Assembly: GCA_951406725.2 (NCBI GenBank)
Contig: OX597815.1
Location: forward strand, 186,000,001 to 186,064,000
DNA length: 64,000 nucleotides
Direction of reading: 5' to 3'
Source of the DNA: Octopus vulgaris
Lineage: Eukaryota
Positions within the stretch are counted from its first letter, which is position 1. The number at the start of each line of letters is the position of its first letter. Of the stretch, positions 27,600 to 41,511 are shown piece by piece. The translations under genes and the position numbers were made by a program. The notes below the pieces were generated by a model, which saw nothing but the letters and a program-made list of their open reading frames with translations, had not been told where the DNA came from and ran no database searches.

Positions 27600-27879
27600 C
27601 GAAGAAGAAAGAAGAAGGAAGAAGAAAATGAAGAAGAAGAAGAAGAAAAAGGAGATTGAGGAGAAGGAGGAGGAGGAGAAGAAGAAGGAGGAGGAGGAGA
27701 AGAAGAAGAAGGAGGAGGAGGAGGAGGAGAAGATTGAGGAGAAGAGGAGGAGAAGAAGGAGGAGGAGAGGAAGAAGAAGAAGGAGAAGAAGAAGAAGAAG
27801 GAGGAGGAGGAGGAGGAGGAGGAGGGGAAGAGGAGGAGGAGGAGGAGAAGAAGAAGAAGAAGAAGAAGAAGAAGAAGAA
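27600..27879. repeat. Polypurine (GAA/GGA)n tract
   Basis: Directly visible; ~280 bp almost purely purine. Confidence 0.97.
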
Positions 27880-28689
27880 ACTGGTGATTTGTTTTCTTAA
27901 ATTTGCCATTGCTAAAAATAAATGCTTTCGTTTTTATTTTTTATTTTTTATTTTTGTACAATTTTATAAAATCATTTTCATTTTAATTTCTGATAATTGA
28001 TGAAGCAAACAGCTGCATTTACGCCAAATATTTCAATCCTGCGCTTAAAAAGAAACCAGTCGTTGAGATTATTTATATGTTCGTGATGTTGAAGCGTGAT
28101 GCCAAACCATTTTACCTTGTAACGTATTAGGAAAATCATTTAGAATTACATCTCTCTCTACTGAATGGCCTTGAATTTAAGTTGCAAATTTTATTATATT
28201 TCATATTCTGGATAATTTACTCTTAACATTTTAATACTTTACTTTTAATACTCATTAAGGAAAATATCGTATGTAAATTGTCGTTTAGAAATAGCTTTCT
28301 ATAAGTTTAGTTCAACGGTTCTTTGAATGTATCACATTTTCCAACTACATTGCTCACAGCATATTAACGTCTCCTATGAAGTGTTCACAGGCATAATGAA
28401 ATATATGCTACATTTTATTGCAATACAAGGTTTCAAATTTACAAGAATGATAAAAATGATTAAGCCGACACTAGCTTTATGCTCTGTTGGGAAAGTGAAT
28501 TTTCATATAGTTAGCCCACTGAATGATACGGTGACAAAATATGTTTACACCCTTTTACACTTGTACTTAAAGGAAACAGATCAACACATAGAAAACGTGT
28601 TCATATATATATATATAAAGATATAGATAAATATATATACATATATATACATATATATACACATATATATATATATTTATATATTTATA

Positions 28690-29103
28690 TAGTTAGTTAG
28701 TTAGTTAGTTAGTTAATTTTTGGCTCAAAAAGCAAAAAGAAAGGCCATGTAGGGGAACATGGAGTTATGTACAGGGTGGTGTTCATGTAAAGAGTTCAGG
28801 CCACTTGTAGTTAAGGGAGACTTTGAACCGAGCGGTCGTCGGCATCTTCACCATCTCGTCCGGCAGCTTATTCCACGGATCCGCAACCCGGACGGAGAAA
28901 GCCCCTCTCCTTCGATTGAGATGAAATCGTCGCAGATAGAGCTTTTCGGAGTGACCCCGCAGCCGACGCTCTGGAGCAGGAGTGAAGAACAGCTCTTTCG
29001 AGAGGTTACACTTTCCGCTTATGATGTTGTGGGCAAGAATGAGATCACCACGGCGTCGTCGTTTTTCTAGAGAATAAAGGTCGAACGTCTTCAGCCTTTC
29101 TTC
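28690..29103 (-). mobile_element. CR1-like LINE 3' end
   Basis: Translates to GAFSVRVADPWNKLPDEMVKMPTTARFKVSL (CR1-type C-terminus), followed by a 3' UTR and an (ACTA)n tail. Confidence 0.8.
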
Positions 29104-29702
29104 ATATATATATATATATATATCGAAGCCTGATCAAGTTATCTATGAAGAAAACCACACAATTCCAAAGCAAGCAATCTCCACGGACTATGAATCCATA
29201 AATACTCTTCTTAACAAAAATAAAGGGCAACCCAGGATAACAAGATATATGAAATTCACAATCTCGCATAACATATGTGCCCGAACGGATGTCACTAAGC
29301 TTTCAACACCTTGACGGTGTGTATGTGTGCTTATTAAAGACAATTATTCCTAAGTGTTGTTCTTTATTGTTTTTTATATTAGCTCCCAGAAATAATTGAA
29401 AATAATGGTGTGTATATCGCTTTGTAACACATTACAGCAGATTTGGATGTGAATGAGTTTATAATTTGGATTTCATCTTCAGAGAACAACTTATCCTTTT
29501 AGGCGATGTATGTTGACAGAACACATGTTTCAGTAACGTAGCTGACTTTGAAACACCAGCGTTTCACCACAAATGTGCTTCTTTAATGAGAAACACCGCC
29601 CAGAATACTGAAACTAAAACAAGATGGACGGTCATGGTTATGGAAATTAGCAAACAAAATATTTACTGATGCACTACAAAGTCTGTCAAACTGTTATTAA
29701 AT

Positions 29703-30303
29703 TATTTATTTCTTTATTGCACACATGGGCTAAACATAGAGGGGACAAACAAGGACAGACAAAGAAATTAAGTCGATTACATCGACCCCGGTGCGTAACT
29801 GGTACGTATTTCATCGATTCTGAAAGGATGAAAGGCAAAGTCGACCTCGGTGGAATTTTAACTCAGAGAGTAACGGCAGACGAAATACCTATTTCTTTAC
29901 TACCCACAAGGGGCTAAACACAGAGAGGACAAACAAGGACAGACAAACGGATTAAGTCGATTACATCGACCCCAGTGCGTAACTGGTACTTATTTAATCG
30001 ACCCCGAAAGTATGAAAGGCAAAGTCGACCTCGGCGGAATTTGAACTCAGAACGTAGTGGCAGACGAAATACCTATTTCTTTACTACCCACAAGGGGCTA
30101 AACACAGAGGGAACAAACAAGGACAGACAAAGGGATTAAGCCGATTTTATCGACCCCAGTGCGTAACTGGTACTTATTTAATCGACCCCGAAAGTATGAA
30201 AGGCAAAGTCCACCTCGGCGGAATTTGAACTCAGAATGTAACGGCAGACGAAATACCGCTAAGCATTTCGCCCGGCGTGCTAACGATTCTGCCAGATCGC
30301 CTC
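29703..30303 (-). mobile_element. SINE-A head-to-tail trimer
   Basis: One full copy plus two ~185-bp units joined at aaagaaata|ggtatttcg. Confidence 0.9.
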
Positions 30304-30885
30304 CCTGCTGATATTAAATTATTGCAAGCACTCAAACAGCAACAATTAACACAATGACGTAAACATGTATTCATGACGTGTTCCCAGAGACTTGGACATG
30401 AACTTGGTCCCTACTTTGGGGTTCCGATTTCGGACAACAGTTTTTTTTTCTCTTTACAAGATGTGTGTCAATAATACACGCATTGGGGGAGCGTTGTATC
30501 GGCTTGATTACTCTTTCCTACGATATAATTGAGAAAATATATATGTGTGTATGTGAGTACATGTGTATTCGCTGTGTGAGCGTGTTTACGTGCATATGTC
30601 TATGTGTGTGCGCGTGTAAAACTCGAATGCAAATTCTTTTATTGGGTGCAGCAGCAGAAACAGAAGTTTGTGAATACTGTGAATAAAATATCAAAATATA
30701 TTTAAGGCGAAAGTTCAAATTTCGTTTGCATGTGTTTCGTTTTAAATTTTGCGAAACGAAATCTGGGCATTGAAGAGGGGGAAACCATTAAAAGGAATAT
30801 ACAGAAAACAAAGACAAAAGCAACATAGACTCATAAGATTGGCCGCAAGCGTAAAGGTAAAACTGAATTGAAAAAAACATCTGAT

Positions 30886-30934
<49 letters not shown>

Positions 30935-33484
30935 TGTTTGCGCGCTCGTGCGTGCTCAAGTACATGGTGGCATATGTAGGTGTACTGATTCCGGTTGTTG
31001 TGTGTGTGTGTGTATGTTAATAATCACTACAGAAAACGCCATCAGTATTTAAGGCGTTATATGATAGACACGTGTGTCACTAAGTGCATTGCCATTGTTG
31101 AATAAGCCGGTTGAATTTATCACGTAATACTGGATTATGTAATGATGGCAATAGCCTTGTTGAAACAAGTGTATATCATATAAAAATCTAACAATCCAAT
31201 GACATGTTCTGCGTTGATTATTGCTATTTTGTGTCTCTGATTTCACACACCAGGTTCAGGATATTTGTCGTTTATGGTTTAACTACATCGGGCTTAGAGG
31301 TGGAGCGTGGGAATATCTACAGACCCCTGTCCTTTTCATAACGAGTCTCCGCGCCTTAGAGCGCACTTTGTTACGTGTATACATACACCAACATACATAC
31401 ATACATACATACATACACACGTACACACGCACGCTTACACACACACGCATACATAAGCATACATATACACGTATATTCATATATCTACTTAAATACATAC
31501 ATACTTGCATACATACATATACGCATGCGTATGGCACTCGTTTCAACCCACGCGCATATAAACATGTAATGGAAGTCGACTCCATAATGATTTTGACCAT
31601 TGCTTGTTAAGGAACTGCCAAGGGAAGACGACATTTTAACCTCGCTGATGATTTGTCGCTTTTACCTTAGTTATCACCGGTCTTTTAGCAGTTGTACAAC
31701 GGAGACTCATGACAATTAGCGTTGTAGAAGGACATGTGTCACTCCAGAACATTAACAGAAAGAAAACATTTATTACAAGATTCATAGAATTTGCTGTTGC
31801 ATGTGGCAGTGATTTACTTTTAGCTTGCTTTGGTTCCTACACCCTTCAGTGGTTAACAAGACTTATAAAGAGAAACACGCTTAACATGTTATATGATCGT
31901 TCATATGTATTAGGTTTCCTTTTCTATGCCTTGTGATTCGGTTTTGGGTAGTATTTAATGTCATTCTCTGCAAAATACTTGGTCACATTGTTCTTATTTT
32001 TGTTATTGGTTTTTTTCTTTGTTATGCTCTACCAATTTCGATGTCTGAGCGCATGTTTGTACGACTCGGTTTAGAAAAAGGTGAAAAAAATACTTGAAAT
32101 ATTTGTTTGAGTTTATTCAGTCGAAGCTAATAAACCATTTCATGGCTAATCTGTGATTTTTACGTGAAGTGATATAATAATAAATTGTTAAATCAGTAAT
32201 CTAGAACAGGAAAATAAAAGCAATTCCGTCTGGGCTCAAACGTTGAGCCAATTATATTTCTGGTGGCTGTATTACCAGCTAAACTTGAGAGCGCATACCA
32301 TCTTACTCAAAATTATTTTCTTGTCATAAATTCACAGCAGTACATTCCAATACATATTTTATCTGACCCACGATGAAAAATATACAAAATAGAAAGTTGC
32401 TGGCTCTTTGCTGAAATTTGAAACGAAAATGGTTTTACCTTGCAATCATAAAACGAACAAAAAAATATATGAAGTAAAAAAAAAAACAGATGAATAGTCG
32501 TAATTAATATAAGTAGTCAAATTTCATATCTAGTAGAATAGATGAGAAGCTGTTTTCAAGCAAGTTTAATCCTCAGTCGTACTTTTATCACTTCACTGGC
32601 TGAGGTTACCGCCGTCTTTTCTGTAGGCTTTTCTTTCCACGGATGAACCTAATCTTGTTTCTTACTTAAAAAAAATTCTTTCTGTAATACACGATCATCC
32701 CTTTTGATCGGCTTTTTTCCCGATCCCCTTTTTCCTTTTTCTTTTTCCATCTTCGAAAAGAAAAGCTCTTCATTTGTATTTGTCCCCACTGTGTTCTTTC
32801 TGTGATACACGATCCCTTTTGATCGCACTTTTTTCCCGATCCCTTTTGATCGGAATTTTACATTTGTTTCCTTTCTTGTTCCTTTTTTCTTTTTCCATCT
32901 TCGAAAAGAAAAGCTCTACATTTGTATTTGTCCCCTCTGTGTTCAGCCCTGTGTGGCCAATAAACAAAGTTATCACTTCACTGGGAATATCGGTACACAC
33001 ACGCACACACACATATTTGTTTGTGTGTGTGTGTGTGTATAAAACACAATAGAAACAGACAGCTAAATAATTACCAGCAGGTTACACACTAGAGAACAGA
33101 CAAATTACTCCCAAATTACTGGCATAATATATCAATTTGACTGCAAATTTATTGATTGTTGAGTGCCTCCTTGCTCGTGTTATGTAGCTTCAGTAGTTGA
33201 AATATAACGTGAAATATTGATTTTTAAGTTTGTAACAAAGCCGATATGTAAGTTAAGAGATTATTCGATTCAAATTGACTCCAGTGCATTGCTGGTAATT
33301 ATTTTATCAATATTTGGGAAATTGAAAGTCAAGCTTTTGAACACAAGACAGCAAGAATGATACAAAAGTGTATCAGATATCAAATGTAATGCTATGCGCT
33401 TTCTATTGTTCCAATTTAATGAGGATAAATTTTCATAAATGTCAAATGTTACTGTATGCAACACAAACACATAGTAAAACGCCA

Positions 33485-33878
33485 TCTCTCTCTATATAAA
33501 GCTGAAGTTGTCTGTGTATGGCAGGTTTGGTAGCCTTCAACTAACACTATCTCCTCCGAGACCCTGCGGGGCAAGTTGACCAAAATTGAAAGTATGATAG
33601 AAGAAGGCTTGCTCTTCCTTCCGTAGAAGAAAAATTCAAATCGGACCATGTTAATACCACAAATTATTTACATCAAAAAGGTGCTTTTTTTTTCTTTGAA
33701 AATCCCTATTTTTTAACGATTTTTTGACTGCTGTGTCGCCATTTCTCGGTGTATTTCAGCCAGAAAAATGTTCACTTAAAGAGAATAACAAGCTGCATAA
33801 TGCAAAAGTTTTACTTTTCAAAAATTCCAATTCTAAAGGGTCGAAACAAACCCGAGCAATGCCGGGCGATACTGCTAG
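33485..33878 (+). mobile_element. Non-autonomous Helitron
   Basis: 5' TC(TCTCTCTATATAAAG), 3' CTAG, subterminal GC hairpin cccgagcaatgccggg ~8 nt upstream of CTAG; inserted between A and T. Confidence 0.8.
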
Positions 33879-34279
33879 TGTTAAATAAAATCTAAATAGC
33901 GTCAAAGTTCGAATATTGTGAAAATTTTGCTCTGTGATCTTCGCTACAAGGTTGATATGCGGGACCCTAACCTTCTTTTGAAAACATACACCTGATGCCT
34001 TTTTGACACAAATCAGTTGAGAATCAGGCAATTGGAAACTTTGTTGGGCTGTTACCCAAGGCGCAAGACAGTTGAGAGTTGCTTTTTACTTCCTCTCCGG
34101 GTCATGAAGCAATCAAGAAAACTATCTAGAAGTGAACTCATTGAGACTGAGCATCTAATTGCAGCGGTATGTATATGTGGTAAATGAATTATTCTGTGTA
34201 ATGCATGAGGACCCTAAAGAGAAAGAGAGAGACAGAGAGGCAGAGAGACAGACAGAGAGGCAGAGAGGAGAAAGCGAGG

Positions 34280-34313
<34 letters not shown>

Positions 34314-34424
34314 GAGAGAGCAAAGCATTATTTCTGTGTTTGGGTTTATGTCGTGTAGGCATGAATGAAGGAACTGGGATTCACGGTTTCTAAGTTTTTC
34401 TGCGTTGATATTTATTATTTTGTT

Positions 34425-34660
34425 AAGGCGACGAGCTAGCAGAAACGATAGCACGCCGGGCGAAATGCTTAGCGGTATTTCGTCTGCCGTTACGTTCTAA
34501 GTTCAAATTCCACCGAGGACGATTTGCCTTTCATCCTTTCGGGGTCGATTAAATAAGTACCAGTTACGCACTGGGGTTGATATAATCGACTTAATCCGTT
34601 TGTCTGTCCTTGTTTGTCCTCTCTGTGTTTAGCCCCTTGTGGGTAGTAAAGAAATAGGTA
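34425..34660 (+). mobile_element. SINE-A, full length
   Basis: Complete match. Confidence 0.9.
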
Positions 34661-36517
34661 TTTAGTATTTTGTTATGTTGTAAATCTATTTTGCAAGAGT
34701 CACTCCTATTGTCTTAAATAAGAGCAGGACATATTATACAATGTATTTCTACATAACTATAAAAAGACAGTATGGTTATAAGAAATGGTTGTGATCAAAA
34801 GTTTAGTCGACCAATAATAACAGCAGAAACCAACCAAATGCCCTAACTGTTCTCCTATATATACACAGAGAAAGACAAGCCTCAACGACCATTATATAAA
34901 ACATAGAAATATGTTGCAATGATCTTCATTTGTTATACGGACTCACAATAAACCTTGAGCACCACATATTGTCTCTATGGCAATAAAAAAGTTTGTTTAT
35001 TATTTAGGTAAATCTTTCCAAATAAAAGAGAAAAAATTCTCAAGGAGCAAAAAATATTTCGTTTTTGGATTTGGTTTGCAAGATTCTTTATATGAGTTCG
35101 TGTGTTGAAGCATATTATGTTGTGTCTGGGGAGAGTCATTTTCTTTTTGTGCTTTATAATGTAACACACTCACCGATAAAATTTCCAATTATTATTTTTA
35201 TTTTCCTAAACTTTCCGTTGCGTCTTGCAATCTTTTCAATAGTCAAAAAAAATTACTCTCCCCAGACACAACAGAAAATATATTTTGTTATTAGTGACAA
35301 GTACTCTCGGTCTGTTATAGTCAATATCATTTTGTATTTATTTGCGCTCAAATTGTATAGAAAAATGTGATTGGCCCAACAACTAGTATCAGCAGCAGCG
35401 AATGTGACATGATAAGTATGTCTGTGTGTGCAATGGTGTAGTGGGATTAGCCAACGGTAAGTCTTGTAGGTACGTTTAGTCATTAGGCAAGATATTTCGA
35501 ATGTCAAGATTGTTCTTCTCATATTATAAATTGTTTATAAAGCAGTGATGTGCTGTGATTTCTTTGGGTATTTATGTGTATTTGTGTGAGAAAGCAGTGA
35601 CGTTGAGATATGTGTATCTGTAAATGACGTAAGGTCGATAACTAAAAGAGGCTATTCTCTTTAAACAACCTCAAAGCAGAGATTAACAAGAATGGAAGTT
35701 AATGGCATCAACCAGCTTTTCTAGCCGCAAGCAAACACTTCAAACTAAAACACACTCATAAGTACCCAAAAACAGATATTTCAACAAAGATATTTCTACA
35801 CACCAAAACATTGAAACGGACACACTGAAACGTAAGGTGAAATGCAAATAATTTTCTCCACTTGCTACACCCAATTCAAACAATAAGAAAACAATTGATT
35901 AACCTCCATTCTTTTTAAGAAGCAGTAAAGAAAGATGGACAAAATAAAATTATTAAGCCTAGAAGCACACATGAATATCTACAACAGATTTTAAACTGAT
36001 CCATGAGCATATCGACAAATATATTTCCCATTCATCCATTAAGCTTCTTCAGACATGCATTTATTTATGTATTTATGCGCATATGTAAAATAAACAGAAT
36101 GTTAGCAAATAAACCATGAGAGTTATGTGCACTCTGACAATAGCTAGAGTTAGTTCTGTTTTTAAATCTCTTTTGTTAAGCTATGTTTTACTTAAAATTC
36201 TATAAGATTTCGTGCCGAACATCCGTGCACTAATTCAATATTTGAATGTTTAAAAAAGCAAGAAAGAAAAAAGAAAATATCATTTCTAATATTGGGAAAA
36301 TAAGTTCGTGTTTGTATTGTGTGTAATACGAAAGTAATTTGATTCACTTTCATTTTCCAATAGAATTTACGACTGGGGTGAACCAAGTGTTAACATTATG
36401 AAAATATATCTTTGGAAATATAAGTATGTAAGATATATATGTATTTATACAAAATAATATAAAAAAAACTTGTTTGAAAACAAACAAGTATGTCAGGGAA
36501 ACTAGCACGCACGGCCG

Positions 36518-36642
36518 ATACATACATACATACATACATACATACATGCATACATACATACATATATACATACATACATACATATATACATACATACATA
36601 CATACATACAAAGATACATATATACATACATATATACATACA

Positions 36643-36676
<34 letters not shown>

Positions 36677-36732
36677 CATACATACATACATACATACATA
36701 CATACATACATACATACATACATACATACATA
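36518..36732. repeat. (TACA)n microsatellite
   Basis: Directly visible. Many other (TA)n, (CA)n, (TCTA)n and (TACA)n tracts occur throughout the window. Confidence 0.97.
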
Positions 36733-36972
36733 CGCGCGTGTGTCTGTGCGTGTGTGTGTGTGCGTGTGTCTGTGTGCGTGTCTGACGAAGCGTAAATAAA
36801 AAGCGTAAGTAGCGATATTGTAAATAATCAACTTTTGTAATACGCACGCACATACACCCAACGCACGCACGTACACGCAAGCACACACTCACACACAAAC
36901 AACACATGCACACATATTTACGCATAAAATTCATTCCTTCGATTTTTCACTCATGCAAAGTCACAAAGCATA

Positions 36973-37004
<32 letters not shown>

Positions 37005-37058
37005 GTGCCTAAATCATACATCTCTCTTAATCTTTCGCTCTTCCTCTGTCCCTCTTTC

Positions 37059-37113
<55 letters not shown>

Positions 37114-37185
37114 TTGCACTAATGCGGTGGTGAGCACTAATTCTCCTTGTTCGATATTAGCATGTATATATATATATGTATATAC

Positions 37186-37230
<45 letters not shown>

Positions 37231-37239
37231 TATATACAT

Positions 37240-37418
37240 GATAGATCGCTAACCACTAAATCTTTATTATTTTCTCTCCTTGTTTATTTCTGTGTTCCTT
37301 TCTGTTGAAGAGCGTAGGCTCGAAACGTAAAAGACTTTATCACTTCCCGAGCGTTAAACTAATATATCTGTTTGTTGTTTACACACCTATCTTCCTCTTT
37401 TGTTTTTAAATTCTCACT
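37240..37418 (+). mobile_element. Family B short element (~180 bp) between (TA)n tracts
   Basis: Homologous to 39190-39391, 45298-45430 and 51152-51311. Confidence 0.85.
37298..37333 (+). ncRNA. Minimal type I hammerhead-like motif, family B (A6U core variant)
   Basis: CUUU CUGUUGA A GAGC-GUAG-GCUC GAAA CG UA AAAG. Confidence 0.62.
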
Positions 37419-37598
37419 ATATATATATATATATCACTGTAATCGTGATTGGAAATAAAAGAAAAATTGTCCGTGACTCTTCCACTTTTTCTCGTCCACT
37501 TTTTAACTTTCTTCTTCTATATCCACTTTTCTCCTTTTGTCGCCACCATTTACACCTACACAGGCATTCACACCCTCTCACAATGCCTGACCTCCAGT

Positions 37599-37801
37599 AT
37601 GTGACCGTGTGTGTATCGTTGGCGATTTTTTTCCTCCGTCTTCCCTTCCTTGAATCTTTTTCCTATGTTTCTGACGAAGAGCTCCGCTCGAAACGTTAAA
37701 TCCTCCCTCTTTCTTTCTTTACCTGAGCGTCCAATAACACTATACTTGTTCCACGTCCTCGCGTTGTTGTGTTTTCTCTTTGTGTTTTAATGTTTGGATT
37801 A

Positions 37802-37807
<6 letters not shown>
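37599..37807 (+). mobile_element. Family A short element
   Basis: Full-length match to the other copies, followed by (TA)n. Confidence 0.85.
37667..37701 (+). ncRNA. Minimal type I hammerhead motif, family A, canonical core
   Basis: GUUU CUGACGA A GAGC-UCC-GCUC GAAA CG UU AAAU; stem III reduced to the palindrome ACGU. Confidence 0.72.
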
Positions 37808-37865
<58 letters not shown>

Positions 37866-38562
37866 CAAGCACACTTACACACACACATGGTATCAATAAC
37901 AGCTTTGATAAATATTTTACCTCCCTTGTCGTTACAACAACTCAACAAAAAGTCGTCCTAATCACGAACTCTAGCTTCAGTAAATACAAATATCACCTTC
38001 ACTTGTTCAAAACTTCCTTTAGTCTTTGGCATTTGAAATCATTGCAGTACATTCAAATAACGATTGGAAATCGAAACACAAAGAATGTCAGGAAAGAAGC
38101 ACAGTGTCAGATAAGTAAAATACATAGATATTTAGATAAGAGGAACAAATTCAAGTGCTTCGAAGCCTCTTTATCTAGAAATTAAATATAATTTGCCACC
38201 CAACCCGTATAAACTTCTTTAAATAAACATGAACTAATTTCAACGTGCTAATAAATGCTCACTTTTCCTCGGGTATTTCAAAAAGGACCATTCCCTTGAT
38301 ATATGACAGCTAACAACCGATTCCAATAAATTACACCACTTACTGGACTAATAATAATTCTGTTTCGGTCCGCTTTGAAGTTCTGCTGTGTAAAGTCGAA
38401 CGAAAAACGAATCAAAAGAAATCGGGTTCCTACGAGTAAGCATTTACTGTTAAACATACAGTTACTTTGATGTTGATATTTTAGCAGCAATCCTACAGAG
38501 CAAATTTTGGAGAAAAAGGTCACATTCAATGCAAAAGTAATGTTCAGTTGTATAAATTTAAT

Positions 38563-38610
<48 letters not shown>

Positions 38611-39130
38611 ACCTATATATATGTATATAACCTGTTCCTTCTAGCGTAAGGTAGTTTTATGATGGACACCTCATAATGTGTTTAAATATACACTGTATTT
38701 TATATGAATAATATATAGTCTATTGACTAATTTTTCTATACGCTAGGCCACTGGTGGTTAAAAAATTTTTTTAATCTTTATTACCCTGATATTATCAATT
38801 ATGTATATAACCTATATAGTAAGCATTAGTTAATTCTACGCAGACTGAAAACATGGTATTCGAACCTTCTCGAGTTCTCATTCAATGTGTCAACATCAAC
38901 GCCACTAATACCACAGAAACAAACAACCAATCTGCTTACTTACCCAACAAACCCGATAGCTATAGAAAACTAGAGCTACCAATTTACGTACCGACAATAT
39001 ATATATATATATATATATATCTATACATATATATACACCCTTTATTATTATATTCATATATATACATATACATATATATATCCATATATATATATATGTG
39101 CGTGTATATAGATATACATACATATATATA

Positions 39131-39189
<59 letters not shown>

Positions 39190-39192
<3 letters not shown>

Positions 39193-39391
39193 AGATCGTT
39201 AGCCCCTACACGCATTTTTTTCTCTCCTTGTTTCTCTCCTGTTTTTTTCTGTGTATCTTTCTGTCAAAGAGCGTAGGCTCGAAACGTAAAAGACTTTTTC
39301 TATTTCTATTCCTGAGCGCTATACTAATACATTTGTTTTTTTGTACTCCACCTGCCTTCGTCTTTTGTTTATTTTCGTAAACATTCCCGTT
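39190..39391 (+). mobile_element. Family B short element (motif at 39257-39292, G8A)
   Basis: CUUU CUGUCAA A GAGC-GUAG-GCUC GAAA CG UA AAAG, with (TA)n on both sides. Confidence 0.85.
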
Positions 39392-39698
39392 ATATATATA
39401 TATGTGTATATGTATGTATGTGTATGTAAATGAAAACTTACTGATAACAAATCTCGGGTTGCGGGGTGTTCAGTTACTCAATAAATGAAAAATGCATTAA
39501 ATATTACAAAACAAACATGTAGGGCATACAAAGAAGGGCCCTAATTCTTTATCAGTTATCGACTCAAAATACTAATACTGAGTTTCGTGTCTTTAACTCT
39601 GAACTTCATATATCGGTGGCACTCGCAAGATTTGTTTAGAATTAGGTCTCGATCAAACAAGACTATACAGGGTGGACGTACGAAAGTAAACAAAAGTA

Positions 39699-39741
<43 letters not shown>

Positions 39742-40210
39742 CACACACATCACAGACGTGCTGTTGGCGATTTATATTTTTTCTGAAAAAAATTAGATTT
39801 ATTACCATTCACTTAGGGACTGGTAACCACTATAAGCTATGGTTTGGAATAGTTCACACGTGTGCTGAGGGTAGCGTACGGATGTAACTGATATTTAGAT
39901 ATAACTGGGGTACTTATGTGTACTCATGACTTTTGCTTCTGCTTTTTTCCATGGGAGCGTGTAAGTATTTCATTTATTTCTTCTCGCATTTTCTACTGAA
40001 GAGGTAAAAATCCATAGGATTAATCATGAAATTGATTCACTATAGAAATAAGGTACTTTAAAAAAAAATTCTGTTGGCTAGCTTCCCCGATTTCAGCACG
40101 ATGTGTATTTATAGTGAGTGTATAATGATATGTGGAATTTGACGATTTAAAGTCTGTTATCAGCATATTGGCATGGAAATAATTTTTCTTTTGCCCTTGT
40201 TTATAAGTTG

Positions 40211-40273
<63 letters not shown>

Positions 40274-40328
40274 GTATATATATATGTGTGTGTGTGAGTG
40301 TGTGTGTGTATGTGTGTATGTATGTATG

Positions 40329-40371
<43 letters not shown>

Positions 40372-40594
40372 TAGCTTAGATGTCACTTCACAGGTTTCAT
40401 TTCCTAGTCTAAAACCAGTTAGTGAGCAACATATTTCTTTGTTGCTTTTATCGTTCTAACCTCTTTTTAGTCATGTGTCCTTTGGTAAAGGCGCAAAGAT
40501 AGAATGCTTTATCTTGACTATTAGGTGCCGTATGTATTACTTCCATTTATTATGTATGTGTGTTATTAGCTTTACTTTCTACTTATATAACGTA

Positions 40595-40915
40595 CGTTCC
40601 TTCGCCTGGATTTTCATGTGCTCCAGTTACCTTTTCGTCTTTCATTGATTTTATTGCCTTTTCTGCTTCTTTTAAGACTCCCTTTCTATAAGCAGCTTTG
40701 AGATTGAGCTTAATCGGTCTATTCTCCTCATTATATATTTCTTTTACGCATTCATCCTTTCTAGATTCTTTCTGGTCGTGATCAAACGGTATGTTTCCAT
40801 TTTTGCCTTTAATGTTACCACTTTGTTCACTTGCGCGTTTGCCGTTTGTGATTTCGCTTATTTTATAATACATGTCTTTATGTTTGATATTAAGTTTTTC
40901 AACTTCTTAGTATTG
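40595..40915 (-). mobile_element. Degraded RTE-like LINE fragment (linker between endonuclease and RT)
   Basis: IKGKNGNI..ECVKEIY..AEKAIKSMKDEKVTGAHENPGE resembles the 'ikdkng..rW.EY..eLy..AIk.mk.gKApGpD.Ip.E' linker. Confidence 0.6.
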
Positions 40916-41460
40916 ATCACCGAAGCATTTGGTATTAGATTTTCTACGTTCAGATGAAGAGCACAGGCTTCGTCAGTGATATCCCACGTGATATATGCAA
41001 TCAGAAAACGGCAAAATTGAAGCGAAAATCAAATGTAGGTTTTAGGTAGAAAGTCATTAGATAAACTGACAACACAGTAACACCGAGAAATGAAACCCTC
41101 GAAAAGTTAACAATGCATTATGTATAGTTCTCCCAATTATATGATGTGAGAATATCGATACTAACAGAATTGTTATCATATAAATTAGTTTGCCATATGG
41201 ATAACGTCTGAAAAAATCATGGACGTAACACAAAACCAATGAAGGATTAAGACAAACATAAAGCAAAATGAGCGGATCAAACTATGTATTACATGGATGG
41301 ATAACATCTATAATTGGATAGTGAAAAGGACGAGAATATATAAGCAGAGCGGCAGGATAACTGGGATTCATGTTATACAGCTAGAAGAAAGAGGAAGAGG
41401 TCAGTTTTTGATTACACACAATTACACTTGACACATATATGCATACATACATGTATATAT

Positions 41461-41511
<51 letters not shown>

